DNA from: a virus
IMG/VR virus record: IMGVR_UViG_3300033149_000928
Span: 1-64,000 of that record
Strand: one strand, 5' to 3'
Length of the DNA: 64,000 nt
The notes under the pieces were generated by a model. It had not been told where the DNA came from. It saw nothing but the letters and a program-made list of their open reading frames with translations, and ran no database searches. Shown in pieces: positions 9,707 through 19,897 of the stretch (the stretch's first letter is position 1; each line of letters starts with the position of its first letter). The translations under genes were made by a program, and so were the position numbers.

Positions 9707-9908
9707 AACATTAGGTAAAACATTAGGTAAAACATTACCAGTAGTTAATGGTAAACTCGTTTGTGGACATCAACGACCACTCGATAGAAGACAGCGAGGA
9801 GGAATCATTAGACAACTACGAAGAATCAATGGTTTCCCGACCAGACGAAGTAGTGTGAAGGTTCAATGTTTTGTTTGTGGTTTCAAGTCTAAAGGGTTTA
9901 GGCTATAG
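9693..9908 (+). CDS. Small basic Zn-ribbon hypothetical protein
   Basis: CGH...CFVCG, Arg-rich; 12-bp duplication encoding KTLGKTLG. Confidence 0.45.
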   Translation: MNKHKTLGKTLGKTLPVVNGKLVCGHQRPLDRRQRGGIIRQLRRINGFPTRRSSVKVQCFVCGFKSKGFRL

Positions 9909-9923
9909 AAAGGTTTTAGAATT

Positions 9924-10532
9924 ATGAACATCACTGATACACATGGACATCTTCTCTGTGCTGTGGATACCGAGACTACTGGCCTCGACCCAAAGAAGCA
10001 TGATGTTATTCAATTAGCAATATTACCATTAGGTCCAGACATGAAACCTAATAAACATTACATGCCATTTAATATGCATATAAGACCTGCGCATCCTGAG
10101 AATGTTGACCGCAAGGCTATGAGTGTTAATAAGATTGATTTGAATTGGATTATGCAACATGGTATCGACTGCTATCAAGCTGCCGATCTATTGGATGAAT
10201 GGTTTGAGAAATTGAAACTACCCATTAACAAGAGACTTATGGTAATTGGTCAGAATTATTGTTTCGATAAAGCTTTTCTACAAGAATGGCTTGGCCCTCT
10301 AAGTTATGACCATCTCTTCCATTATCATTATCGTGATACTATGGTTACAGCATTCTACCTAAATGATAGGGCGGCGCTCTTTGGAGAGACACCGCCCTTT
10401 AACTCAGTAAGTTTAGGTAGACTTGCAAATAAACTTAAAGTCGAGAATCTTAAAGCACATGATGCTTTGGAAGATTGCAAAATGAGTGCTGAATGTTACC
10501 GCCTCATGTTGCAGATTTATCCTGGTCTGTAG
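9924..10532 (+). CDS. DEDDh 3'-5' exonuclease (DnaQ-like)
   Basis: ExoI VDTETTGL, ExoII QNYCFDKAFL, ExoIII AHDALED. Confidence 0.9.
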   Translation: MNITDTHGHLLCAVDTETTGLDPKKHDVIQLAILPLGPDMKPNKHYMPFNMHIRPAHPENVDRKAMSVNKIDLNWIMQHGIDCYQAADLLDEWFEKLKLPINKRLMVIGQNYCFDKAFLQEWLGPLSYDHLFHYHYRDTMVTAFYLNDRAALFGETPPFNSVSLGRLANKLKVENLKAHDALEDCKMSAECYRLMLQIYPGL

Positions 10533-11799
10533 ACAAGACAATAAATTCATGTGGAATCTTCTTTAACTGTCTAATAACAATATCCTTTTGCCGGATGAAT
10601 CGTTTAGGATCACCACCCTTGGAAGAAGGATACCCAATACTCTCAGCGTAATCGGTATTACCATTTGTACAAGCATCGAAGGCTATAAGTTTTACTTCCT
10701 TACAACCCCATAGTCTCGCGAACTCAATCGCAACTTGAACTGTAAGGGAAGCATCTCTTAGACCTAAATCTACTGGTCTATATAAGAAACGATTCTCATG
10801 GTCCTTTGCACATTTCCCAGAGAGATACGAAACTAATAATTTCGTATCTTTCTTTGTTGGTTGACAACTATCCTTTAAATGGGCATCTTGTTGAACAACG
10901 AAGAGTGGGTGCTTATCCTTACTCAACCCTAACTTCTCAACCTTATGTATGGCTTCATTCAAAGCAATCACTGGACCTTCACCCTTAATATCTTTTTGAT
11001 TTAGTAAATCAAGTGACGGACCCTTCCCTACAATCGTACATACCTGCCCCTTAAATAAATCTTTAAATACATTAACCTCAGCACCTTCTAATTCAGGGAA
11101 CCAAAGACGTTCTCTTGGTCCACCACTTCTTTTTAGATGTTCATCCATATACTTCTCAATAGTTCTATTTGCGCGTACTAAACAATAAGTTCCATTCGCT
11201 AATATCCTAACCCCAACTGGCAATTCAAAGTCACTCATTGGTAATCTCCTTATCTCAGTGTTATCTTTATATTTCCTCGAAGCCTGATGATGCAGTACAA
11301 CTGCATTCTCTACATGCTTCATTAAGTCAAAGATTTTGATATACTCTTTTGGTAATGCTCTGACATCTAAGTTACCCCTAACGGCTTCAATAGCTCTTGC
11401 CATTGTCTCTTGATCGAAAACCGTTGGATGTTGCTTTTGTATCTCGATCCATATTCTAACAAACTTTTTAACCCTTTCAGTATTCTTAAAGAATATTGTA
11501 CCGCTAAGGGCTTCTCTACCCTTGAACTTGTAATAATGGAGTTCACCTTTGAAGAGTTCATAGTTAGGGGCTTGAAGGAACTCAGCATCGGCATCTACAT
11601 AAAGGATATCTTCGTCTAACTCTTCTAAACAATGAAGAATGAACTCTGGTTTTATAGCACAATTCTTTACCCATGCTCCACGACTCTCATAACCTTTAAC
11701 GTAATTTGGTACTCTGTACTTAATCATTGATCCTTGGAGCTTTTGGATCACATCTTCATACGGCGTATCTTTAGTGTAAAATGCTACAACCTTATACAT
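10504..11799 (-). CDS. Two-domain glycosyltransferase (GT-A plus MAF_flag10/MptE-like domain)
   Basis: IKPEFI, LYVDADA (DxD), DQETM, HHQASR; second domain IVGKGPSL, IALNEA, AIEFARLWGCKEVKLIAFD. Confidence 0.75.
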   Translation of the reverse strand: MYKVVAFYTKDTPYEDVIQKLQGSMIKYRVPNYVKGYESRGAWVKNCAIKPEFILHCLEELDEDILYVDADAEFLQAPNYELFKGELHYYKFKGREALSGTIFFKNTERVKKFVRIWIEIQKQHPTVFDQETMARAIEAVRGNLDVRALPKEYIKIFDLMKHVENAVVLHHQASRKYKDNTEIRRLPMSDFELPVGVRILANGTYCLVRANRTIEKYMDEHLKRSGGPRERLWFPELEGAEVNVFKDLFKGQVCTIVGKGPSLDLLNQKDIKGEGPVIALNEAIHKVEKLGLSKDKHPLFVVQQDAHLKDSCQPTKKDTKLLVSYLSGKCAKDHENRFLYRPVDLGLRDASLTVQVAIEFARLWGCKEVKLIAFDACTNGNTDYAESIGYPSSKGGDPKRFIRQKDIVIRQLKKIPHEFIVLSTDQDKSAT

Positions 11800-11822
11800 A
11801 CATGTATCTCCTTATGTACCCC

Positions 11823-12803
11823 TTAAATAAACTCTTTATGTTTCAATGGGCAAATTAAATTATTTAGTGTGCGATTATAATCATCATAATAACAACGTGA
11901 ACATTTCCTTCCATCAAAAGAATTAGTATGCTTGAACTCTCTCCAAGTACCCATTCTAAAGTCCTCTGGGAGTTTCCTCAACTCTGTACTTGCATACTGG
12001 ACACCACAACATGGATAGATATATCCATCAGCCCCGATAGTTGGTTTCAATAAAGATATGAGGCATTGTTCATGGCCAAGAGTAAAGATATTTCGATATT
12101 GGAAAATAGCCTTATGAGTAATAATTTTACAAATTTTCTTTATGGTATCCATCGCCTCTATATTATATTCCTCAGTAGCATTAAAGATATCTTGTACAAA
12201 ACGAATATGTGTAATATTCGGTATTATAGCTGCAACCTCACATACTTGTCTTGCTATATCCATATCACTCTTGGTTGTAACTGTAAAACTGATCCCAATA
12301 TCTACATTAGGTAACATACCACATATCTCTTCAATCATTCTAATATCATAAATATTCTCAGTATCGAAAACAGATATCCTTAACCAAGTTAAAGCATTAT
12401 TAATGATACTCATATCGAGTTTATTATTTATAAAATTAAGACCATTAGTTACCAAACCACAACGTATATTTAATCTTGCTGCGGCTATTAATATACTAAG
12501 AAAATCCTTATGTACTGTAGGTTCTCCACCACCAGATATTGTAACGGCTTCGGTACCAAGTGACGAGAACTCTTCAAAGATAGCTCTTATCTCTGTTATC
12601 GGTAACTCCAATGTACGGTCCACAGCAGAACAAGAACACCAAGTACAATTTCGATTGCACTTATTTGTTGGGATAAGCTGAAGGTGTATGGGTTTAATAC
12701 TTCCATCTACGATAGCTCCTTTATGTTGTAAGAGTTTCCAAGGCATAGTACCAGCAGCCGTATAACTATTAATCATTAGGTGTCCTTCCCCAATCTTTAC
12801 CAA
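11823..12803 (-). CDS. Radical SAM enzyme with SPASM/twitch-like C-terminus
   Basis: CNRNCTWC (CxxxCxxC), ISGGGEPT, VTNG, GADGYIYPCC, CSRCYY. Confidence 0.9.
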   Translation of the reverse strand: MVKIGEGHLMINSYTAAGTMPWKLLQHKGAIVDGSIKPIHLQLIPTNKCNRNCTWCSCSAVDRTLELPITEIRAIFEEFSSLGTEAVTISGGGEPTVHKDFLSILIAAARLNIRCGLVTNGLNFINNKLDMSIINNALTWLRISVFDTENIYDIRMIEEICGMLPNVDIGISFTVTTKSDMDIARQVCEVAAIIPNITHIRFVQDIFNATEEYNIEAMDTIKKICKIITHKAIFQYRNIFTLGHEQCLISLLKPTIGADGYIYPCCGVQYASTELRKLPEDFRMGTWREFKHTNSFDGRKCSRCYYDDYNRTLNNLICPLKHKEFI

Positions 12804-13509
12804 TATTTCTTTTGACGATCCCTTGTCTAGCTAGGAAGAGTCTTTCATTGTATTTTAATGAGTTCCGGTTACGATTACGATAACTACGCTTATGGTATAG
12901 GTGAACACATTGAGCTTTTGTTTGCTTATAACTGCATCCATAAGCTAAGAGTCTACCTACGAAATCATTATCATCATAAGCTTGACCTGTAAAGTCCTCG
13001 TCATATCCACCTATCTCCATATATATACTACGGCGCATCGCAAAGAGGAAAGGTAACTTTACATTGAGGTCTTTAGCTCTATCATATAAATCAGAGTAAT
13101 GTTTATTTGTACGGGAGATACAATCTAAATATTCCCCTGAATCATCTTTACCTTCTGGTATCCCAAGTGAGAGAGTCCCCTTCATAACTGGTATTGAAAT
13201 TTGATTTATTAAATCACCAATATGATACATCTCCGCACAAGAAATAATAATAATATCTCCTGTAGCTGAGCGTACACCAATATTAAGGGCATACCCTGGT
13301 ACTCTCCACTTCATCGCATTATTAACATTACGTTGTCCTGTGAATATATAATTACACCCATACTCTTTTGCTATTTGTTCAGTACCATCTGGAGTACCAT
13401 CGTTGATAATTATAATTTCATCTGCCCTACGTTGATTTACTATATTCGGTAGTGTAAGTCTAAGTAAATGGTCACGTTGGAACGATGTTATTATCAGGCT
13501 GATTCTCAT
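12769..13509 (-). CDS. GT2-family glycosyltransferase
   Basis: ISLIITSFQR, EIIIINDGTPDGT, ALNIGV, GGYDEDFTGQAYDDNDF, HLYH; start moved to MRISL. Confidence 0.9.
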   Translation of the reverse strand: MRISLIITSFQRDHLLRLTLPNIVNQRRADEIIIINDGTPDGTEQIAKEYGCNYIFTGQRNVNNAMKWRVPGYALNIGVRSATGDIIIISCAEMYHIGDLINQISIPVMKGTLSLGIPEGKDDSGEYLDCISRTNKHYSDLYDRAKDLNVKLPFLFAMRRSIYMEIGGYDEDFTGQAYDDNDFVGRLLAYGCSYKQTKAQCVHLYHKRSYRNRNRNSLKYNERLFLARQGIVKRNIGKDWGRTPND

Positions 13510-13747
13510 TGTTACACTCCATACAAAGTATACATATCTTAGCATTTATCTCTTTATCGTCACGTTTACACCAAGTAACTACACGATCATTCCTACAACA
13601 TTTCTGAGGGGTTCTTTTCTCCCCACGATATTCACAAGGTTCAAGTATCGGATAGAAAACAAAAGGATCACCTTTCGATCTAACATAACCATCGGGGCAA
13701 GCTGGAGGCTTACCCCGATGGGGAGCAAATTTAGTTCCATTACTCAT
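13472..13747 (-). CDS. Small Cys-rich hypothetical protein
   Basis: PPACPDGY, CEYR, CC, C, CILC. Confidence 0.5.
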   Translation of the reverse strand: MSNGTKFAPHRGKPPACPDGYVRSKGDPFVFYPILEPCEYRGEKRTPQKCCRNDRVVTWCKRDDKEINAKICILCMECNNENQPDNNIVPT

Positions 13748-14063
13748 TGTTCTTAGCCGCATCAACTAAACCTTTTAAGTCTGCTGCTCCAATCGCATAC
13801 ATGCCGCCTAAGTCTTTCTTAGTTGATACATCAGTCATACCACTGATAGTGATAGGGATAGGTTTATTTGTTGCTATCCTTATTGCCCCTTTCGCTTCTA
13901 TTGGCTCTTGATAGAGTTGAGAGTAGACAATACGAACCTTCTCTTTAACCCCTATCGAGCATCCCATATTTACTAATGAGATCATCAGTAGAAGTAGCAA
14001 TAACGGGAACAGTCCCTTCCGCTTTCTCAACACTTGTCTCAATAGCAGGGGTCTTGAGAACAT
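13740..14063 (-). CDS. Putative lipoprotein (o-spanin-like)
   Basis: Basic N-region, LLLLLL h-region, lipobox-like NMGC; overlaps the upstream membrane gene in another frame. Confidence 0.5.
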   Translation of the reverse strand: MFSRPLLLRQVLRKRKGLFPLLLLLLMISLVNMGCSIGVKEKVRIVYSQLYQEPIEAKGAIRIATNKPIPITISGMTDVSTKKDLGGMYAIGAADLKGLVDAAKNNE

Positions 14064-14136
14064 CTTTTAATACCTCCCCTAAAACATTACTGATAATATT
14101 ACTTAGTACACCTAGAATCATAGATAAAATAGTCAT
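13945..14136 (-). CDS. Small membrane-anchored protein (i-spanin-like position)
   Basis: Hydrophobic/amphipathic N-terminus; 3' end overlaps the lipoprotein gene. Confidence 0.4.
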   Translation of the reverse strand: MTILSMILGVLSNIISNVLGEVLKDVLKTPAIETSVEKAEGTVPVIATSTDDLISKYGMLDRG

Positions 14137-14151
14137 ACCTATCTCCGATTG

Positions 14152-14277
14152 CTACCCTTTCCGATTGCTACCCTTTCCGGTTGATTGTGTAGAAGAACAT
14201 CCTCCCCGACCACGATTCGCTCGTCGCCCTTTACCAGACCCATCTCATTTTGGCACTCCGGGTTTGAATTTTGCCAT
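14152..14277 (-). pseudogene. Small basic Gly-rich protein with in-frame TGA
   Basis: MAKFKPGVPK*DGSGKGRRANRGRGGC...; TGA at 14245-14247; TAATG coupling to the upstream gene. Confidence 0.5.
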
Positions 14278-14417
14278 TATCTTTTCCCTTTCCTATTTCT
14301 ACTATGTTCTGCAATCCTAATGGCTACCCAAGCTTTCTCAGCCCTTTCCTTGGTATCATAGACGCACCTACCACTACCGATACGCCATTTCCCATTTGGG
14401 CATTTTGATACTGGCAT
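14277..14417 (-). CDS. Small hypothetical protein (46 aa)
   Basis: MPVSKCPNGKWRIGSGRCVYDTKEKAEKAW...; below the ORF-track cutoff. Confidence 0.55.
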   Translation of the reverse strand: MPVSKCPNGKWRIGSGRCVYDTKERAEKAWVAIRIAEHSRNRKGKR

Positions 14418-14434
14418 AATACTATTCCCTATAG

Positions 14435-14830
14435 CTACTTCCGTCCTTTGTACTTAGCAAGTAATTGCTTAATAAAAGAACTAACTTGTCCTTTAGTCCA
14501 ATTAAGAACAACATCTTTAGCTGGACCTGTAGCAATTTCCTTGGCAACTTCCCAAGCCGCACCTTCAAGACTCCTTGCCTCTTCTTTCGTAATCTTATTA
14601 TCAGCAGTTGCTTTCTTAATACCATTTGCAATAGGTTGCTGCTCTGCCATACCAACTAACAAAGCATCAATAGCTTTTTTCTCTGCTTCGGAAACTCCCA
14701 TCTTATCCAAAATAGTCTTAACAAATTTCCTTAATAGAAACCAGAAACCACCTAACATTGCTACGATGATCGTGCCAAGAAGTCCAACCCACCATCCACT
14801 TGCCAATGTTTCTGCTACTTCATTCATCAT
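14435..14830 (-). CDS. Holin-like membrane protein
   Basis: AAGGAG RBS; one N-terminal TM helix (WWVGLLGTIIVAMLGGFWFLL), then a helical domain; follows the tail genes. Confidence 0.5.
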   Translation of the reverse strand: MMNEVAETLASGWWVGLLGTIIVAMLGGFWFLLRKFVKTILDKMGVSEAEKKAIDALLVGMAEQQPIANGIKKATADNKITKEEARSLEGAAWEVAKEIATGPAKDVVLNWTKGQVSSFIKQLLAKYKGRK

Positions 14831-14879
14831 ACTCTCCTTACCTGAACATACCTCAAAATAATAGTCAGACCATTCTGAC

Positions 14880-17800
14880 CTAAGCAATATAAATTTTACT
14901 CACAGTACTTAGTGTGCTCCCATTATATCCCCCTATAATATATAATTCATTATTATATATTATAGCAGCATGATCCTTAACAGAGAAATTAGCAGGAGTA
15001 AATAGTGTATATGTATCTAAAACAGTATCATAAATATAAGTAGTATCAACTTGTGCCCCATTTAATGTTGCCGCTCCACCGTGGAAAATTATCTTATCCC
15101 CAAGTACTGAGGCAGTATGATTATACCTATTAACTGGTGGCGCGGCTCCAGAACCCCAAGAGTCACCAGCTATATTATATATATCCATAGTACCACCAAA
15201 CCAAATATATATAACGCCATTAACTACTGCTGCTGCCGCTTGTTGTTGTTTATTTGCGGAAGGTGTTCTTACATTTAACCATACATCCCCACTAATATTA
15301 TAATCATAAATCTCTTTTCCTTCTTCTGAGAAAGCAACCTCACCCCATGTGAATATATGTCCAGCGTTGGCAACTGCAATCGGACCTTCTCTATATCCAT
15401 TCATCACTGTACCCGGACCATTTACAGCATTAGTAAAGGTATTAGTTACTGTATTATATATCCAAAGATCAGTTTGACGATTGGAAGACCCATCATTTCC
15501 GCCTATCAAATATACTCTAGTGCCCCATAAAGCAGAAGCAGCCTCTATTCTTGCCTCTCCACCTGCTGCTCCATTTGTCCATGTATCGGAAGCAATATCA
15601 TAAATTCTTGTTGTATTAGTTATACCTGATGTTCTGCCCCAAATAGCATATATCTTTCCTCCTGCTGTTTGTGCTATGTGTTGTTTCCGTGCTTCTGGTA
15701 ATGAAGCAAGAGTAATCCATATTTCTGTTACAATTTCATCGTTGAACTGAGCTTCCTTACCTACGATCTCTCCAGTGATTCGGATACCATTTGTCGCGCC
15801 GGGGATATCTAATCGTACACCATTGAAGGACCATTCTCCATTCACAATACTAGCATAAACGAAACCCCCATAGTTACTAGCATTAGGACCAATAGCCAAC
15901 CAATCTAATCTACCACCGCCCGTGTAATCATAAGCTTCTAAACGTAGAGTCTCATTATAAGACGTAGCTACTGATCCATCGGATTGTAAAATAGCACCAG
16001 CCAACTCGAACTCAATATCATCGAGTATTGGCCCTTCTTTCGATAATTGTAGATAATCAGCATTAGCCTGGACTGACTCTGTGAAGATAATATCAGATAC
16101 AACTCCAATAGAAGAAAGTCCAGAAATCGTGAACTGACTACTTTGTTTATCATCATATTTCTCAAGGACATCATCAGCAGTAAAAGTACCGAAGTCGTCA
16201 CCTTGACCGCCATTGATATATGTACCTGAGAAAGTATATGAACCTCCTGCATCTAAAGTAACTTGAGTTATTTCCGTACCTGTAGAATCATATAATTTAT
16301 CAAGAGGATCAGCACTATTAAGTAGTATATCAATGACCTCACCAAATAACCCACCGGATAAAGTATAATCAGGTATTGTTGCTACACGTGTTACTATCGC
16401 AGGTGTTGAGGCCCATGAGAGACTATCTACTTTCGGAGCGATGATATCGAACTCCTTGGTATTATCTCCAGTATACCCACTAGCAGCTACGCTAATAATA
16501 CCTGTCTTCGATCCACTACCCCCAGTAATTTGATTTGTAGTTCCTGTCCATGTACCATTTACTATACTAATATTTGAAGTATTAAGACTCTCAGCCCCAG
16601 GAGGAGATACTACTAAACCAAGGGTAGCTGAAACATTCTTTGAAATTTTATTATTTTGATAGTCCCATGTCTCTACAGTTAAAGTAAAGTTTACACCGCG
16701 TTGTACTTCATTCGGCTCCACAGTAAATTTTAAATAGAAAGTAGGATCACTACCAGTAGTTGTACCACTGGAACTCGACGCTGGATCAGAATTAGGATCA
16801 GAGTCCGTCTGTCCTTGTGTTGGGACTTCATATTCTACTTCCTCAAGACCCTCACCTACATCCTCTGGCATCGGGTTTGAGGGATTAACAGGATTACCAG
16901 GATCACCAGTAAAATAATTAGAATCTTCATCAGGATTATTACCTCCATCTACATCTCCAGCTTTTGATGCTAATTCTGATTCAAGGTGGATGACATTATC
17001 TACAGCATTGTGATTTACTAAATCAAGAATACCGATTAGGGTGTTTGAGCTTAACACATTAAGATCATAATCTACTGCATCGAAATTCTCTAAAGCAAGT
17101 GTTACAAGTGGAGTATCAAGTGCAATCTTCCTCCAGGAGTTCGAGTATCTATACCCCCAAAAACCTGCACTGAGTATTATAAGAGATTCAATATTATATA
17201 TCGTAAACTCCCTATTGAACTCCCTCAATCCATAATTCGCAATATTATTTGAGTAAATATAATCACGTTCGACATTCTCTTCTTCGGAGTAGTTCTTCTT
17301 CCATGTAGCATTGATACGAGTATAGATATCCTCAGTAGAAGTAAATCCCAACCGTATTGTTTTAAGAAGGACTTCACTCTCTATTAATGTCTCATTGATA
17401 CTTGGTTCGATGGAGAGATATTTAATATATACAGTACCATTCTTTATGAATAAAGCACAACGAGATTGCCATGCTATATCTTCACATATTGCAAGGGCAT
17501 CTGGTTGATCGAAAACCGTAAAGTTCGCAGGGTATTTCTCTAGGGCTTCACTTACAGAAGCAAAAGAAGTAGCATCAATAGAGAAAGATGTATATGTCTC
17601 TAGTAAATATTGAATTATATTAGCAGCATTTGGCCCTATGGTGGACCTCGAAGAAACATATACATCACCCTCCCATTCTTCACCGATATAATCTTCGAGC
17701 GCAATCGGGAACTCAAGCGTAGTAGGACTCTCAGTACCCAAGGTATCAGATAGATTCTTAATATAATAACTCTTTGGTATCGGAGCAAATATCCGTTCAC

Positions 17801-19022
17801 CATCAAAATTACGATAGCCATATACATCTAGTATCTCAATGCTCGGTATCAAATTAACCACATAGAGATTTGTATAGGATACCTCTTGATTAACAGGTGT
17901 TCCAGCACGTATATTCCAATGATCCGCTAATATAACAGTTAAGGAACGGACCTCATTATGCTCATGGGATGTTAGTGTCTCATAATACCAAGCAATATTT
18001 TCAATAACAAAAGTCTCAGCCCATGATCCACGGGGTATTGGAGCAGTCTCAGCAATAACACTACTACTATCAATCTGGACTTCCAGGATAGTATCAGCCG
18101 GTCGCCACGGTTTAAGGAACCGACATTTCCTTCCATCTTGTGCTATGCATTTATTAACCATCCACCCATAAACACCATGATTAATAATACAATATAAGCC
18201 CTTGAGATTAGAGGTCTCACCGTACTCTAACCAAAGTACGCTTGCATCGAACCGATCACTATCTGCTACTGGTCTATCTCCCAATCCAAGGGTAGTATGA
18301 TAAGCATCATTCTGTGTGGAGATAGTGAAGGTTTCACCACTAAACGTACCAGTATATTTAATCTGCCCTATAAGGAGATTAATACTTGTACTCTGTGGGA
18401 ACTCTTCACCGCCTTCAACCTCGAATGTCGCGAAGTTTTGATTGATTCCATAAAGAAGTTTACCTATAGGACGGTTCTTAACCCGGAGAGCAGGGGTATT
18501 TAAAGTAGTACCAAAAGAAAAAGGCCATGTTACTCCTTCTGCTTCGGACCAAAGATCAGAGAAATCCCCGGCTTCCGCAGCATAACCAATATTCTCTACT
18601 TCGACATATGATTCGATATCGAAGTCAAGTGTCCTCTCTCCTTCAAGCCAGAGGGTATCCCCTGCGATACGACCTTTCAATATGACGGTTGCATCAGATT
18701 GGGCGTTACCTTCATAATGATGGTAAACGGTACAAGACTTCCCTTCGATGATCTCCGTGTCTACCTTGGTTTTCAAAGAGCCGTCACTATCATCGAGAGT
18801 AACACTGACACTGGAAACCTCTCCAGTGACATCTTGTTTACCTTGGCTGGATATGGCTGAGAATTCCGTGATACTACCTTGCACAGTCCATGCGCCAAGA
18901 GTAAAGGTTTTATATCCGTAATACTCCGTGCCACCAGTCCAATCAATTTGGATAATTATAATTGGCTCAGTAGCCAAAAGAGTATCAGCTTTAGCTTGTG
19001 CTGCTACTGTTAGTGTACGCAC
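14880..19022 (-). CDS. Large tail-tip/central fibre protein with Ig-like domains and C-terminal Kelch propeller
   Basis: Position in tail module; Kelch signatures KIYAIWG, RVYLIGG, KIIFHGG, ELYIIGGYNG, IYDIASDTW. Confidence 0.7.
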   Translation of the reverse strand: MRTLTVAAQAKADTLLATEPIIIIQIDWTGGTEYYGYKTFTLGAWTVQGSITEFSAISSQGKQDVTGEVSSVSVTLDDSDGSLKTKVDTEIIEGKSCTVYHHYEGNAQSDATVILKGRIAGDTLWLEGERTLDFDIESYVEVENIGYAAEAGDFSDLWSEAEGVTWPFSFGTTLNTPALRVKNRPIGKLLYGINQNFATFEVEGGEEFPQSTSINLLIGQIKYTGTFSGETFTISTQNDAYHTTLGLGDRPVADSDRFDASVLWLEYGETSNLKGLYCIINHGVYGWMVNKCIAQDGRKCRFLKPWRPADTILEVQIDSSSVIAETAPIPRGSWAETFVIENIAWYYETLTSHEHNEVRSLTVILADHWNIRAGTPVNQEVSYTNLYVVNLIPSIEILDVYGYRNFDGERIFAPIPKSYYIKNLSDTLGTESPTTLEFPIALEDYIGEEWEGDVYVSSRSTIGPNAANIIQYLLETYTSFSIDATSFASVSEALEKYPANFTVFDQPDALAICEDIAWQSRCALFIKNGTVYIKYLSIEPSINETLIESEVLLKTIRLGFTSTEDIYTRINATWKKNYSEEENVERDYIYSNNIANYGLREFNREFTIYNIESLIILSAGFWGYRYSNSWRKIALDTPLVTLALENFDAVDYDLNVLSSNTLIGILDLVNHNAVDNVIHLESELASKAGDVDGGNNPDEDSNYFTGDPGNPVNPSNPMPEDVGEGLEEVEYEVPTQGQTDSDPNSDPASSSSGTTTGSDPTFYLKFTVEPNEVQRGVNFTLTVETWDYQNNKISKNVSATLGLVVSPPGAESLNTSNISIVNGTWTGTTNQITGGSGSKTGIISVAASGYTGDNTKEFDIIAPKVDSLSWASTPAIVTRVATIPDYTLSGGLFGEVIDILLNSADPLDKLYDSTGTEITQVTLDAGGSYTFSGTYINGGQGDDFGTFTADDVLEKYDDKQSSQFTISGLSSIGVVSDIIFTESVQANADYLQLSKEGPILDDIEFELAGAILQSDGSVATSYNETLRLEAYDYTGGGRLDWLAIGPNASNYGGFVYASIVNGEWSFNGVRLDIPGATNGIRITGEIVGKEAQFNDEIVTEIWITLASLPEARKQHIAQTAGGKIYAIWGRTSGITNTTRIYDIASDTWTNGAAGGEARIEAASALWGTRVYLIGGNDGSSNRQTDLWIYNTVTNTFTNAVNGPGTVMNGYREGPIAVANAGHIFTWGEVAFSEEGKEIYDYNISGDVWLNVRTPSANKQQQAAAAVVNGVIYIWFGGTMDIYNIAGDSWGSGAAPPVNRYNHTASVLGDKIIFHGGAATLNGAQVDTTYIYDTVLDTYTLFTPANFSVKDHAAIIYNNELYIIGGYNGSTLSTVSKIYIA

Positions 19023-19035
19023 ACCGGCTCCTAAA

Positions 19036-19425
19036 CTATATTACTGCACCCTTGAATTGTAAAACAAAGGTTTTTACTTCTACACATGTACCGTTGATTA
19101 TCTTGGTTTCAGTTGCGGTTTCAACGGGATCACTAACTATATATCCCCGCCAGATTACAGCATGGTAATCCGTGTACTTCACTTCCTCACCAGCGGAAGC
19201 TAATACGAAATCAAATAGTTCCGCAGCAATGGCTTTCGTAATATTCTTAAAAGCCAATACCAGTGTCTTATTCTCTGGTGTTCTTCTATGACTATATACA
19301 CTCCCATCCATTGTAATCTGGAACTGAGTCTTAATATCTAACCCTTCGGAGTCTCCCAGTTCTGGATTCCGAAGGGTAAGAGTTAAGGTTGGAGTAGTAT
19401 ATGGATGTTGGAAAGTTATGCTCAA
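19036..19425 (-). CDS. Minor tail (distal-tail-like) protein, paralog of 27013-27453
   Basis: Shared LRNPELGD, F.NI/L.K, ASAGE and W.G motifs. Confidence 0.55.
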   Translation of the reverse strand: MSITFQHPYTTPTLTLTLRNPELGDSEGLDIKTQFQITMDGSVYSHRRTPENKTLVLAFKNITKAIAAELFDFVLASAGEEVKYTDYHAVIWRGYIVSDPVETATETKIINGTCVEVKTFVLQFKGAVI

Positions 19426-19474
19426 AGTAATAGTCCTTTGTTTAAGTTATATTACCTATTATTACCTATTCTTT

Positions 19475-19888
19475 TTACTCCGGCTCAGTGGGCCAAGTCA
19501 AAGCTTCATATTCAGTTTTCGTGTCGGTGCCGGTGTGATCTTCCGGCATATCGCGGAGGGCTTGCATATAATCATACACATCGCCCATCTTACTCGCATC
19601 ATCTGAAGGCGTATCGCTATTTGTTACCTGCTGATAATTACGGTGAACACGCCAATCTGCTGCCTTGAGCCTTATATCTCGCTCAACACGCATCATCTCC
19701 ATGTAGTCGATGGTATCTGCGGCATCAGCGTCGTTCTCTTCTTCCCATACAAGATATTCATCATAATCCCTATCACCAACTACTGCCGGAATACAAGCAC
19801 CCTCTGGGAGCGTCGGGTGAGTACCATCATTTACAATAACATCAGTAACATTTAAATCTACATCCTTAATTAATTTATAACGACTCAT
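19475..19888 (-). CDS. Tail fibre assembly chaperone-like protein
   Basis: RDYDEYLVW, MRVERDIRLKAADW, YMQALRDMP, WPTEP; directly downstream of a fibre gene. Confidence 0.7.
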   Translation of the reverse strand: MSRYKLIKDVDLNVTDVIVNDGTHPTLPEGACIPAVVGDRDYDEYLVWEEENDADAADTIDYMEMMRVERDIRLKAADWRVHRNYQQVTNSDTPSDDASKMGDVYDYMQALRDMPEDHTGTDTKTEYEALTWPTEPE

Positions 19889-19897
19889 TATTACTCC

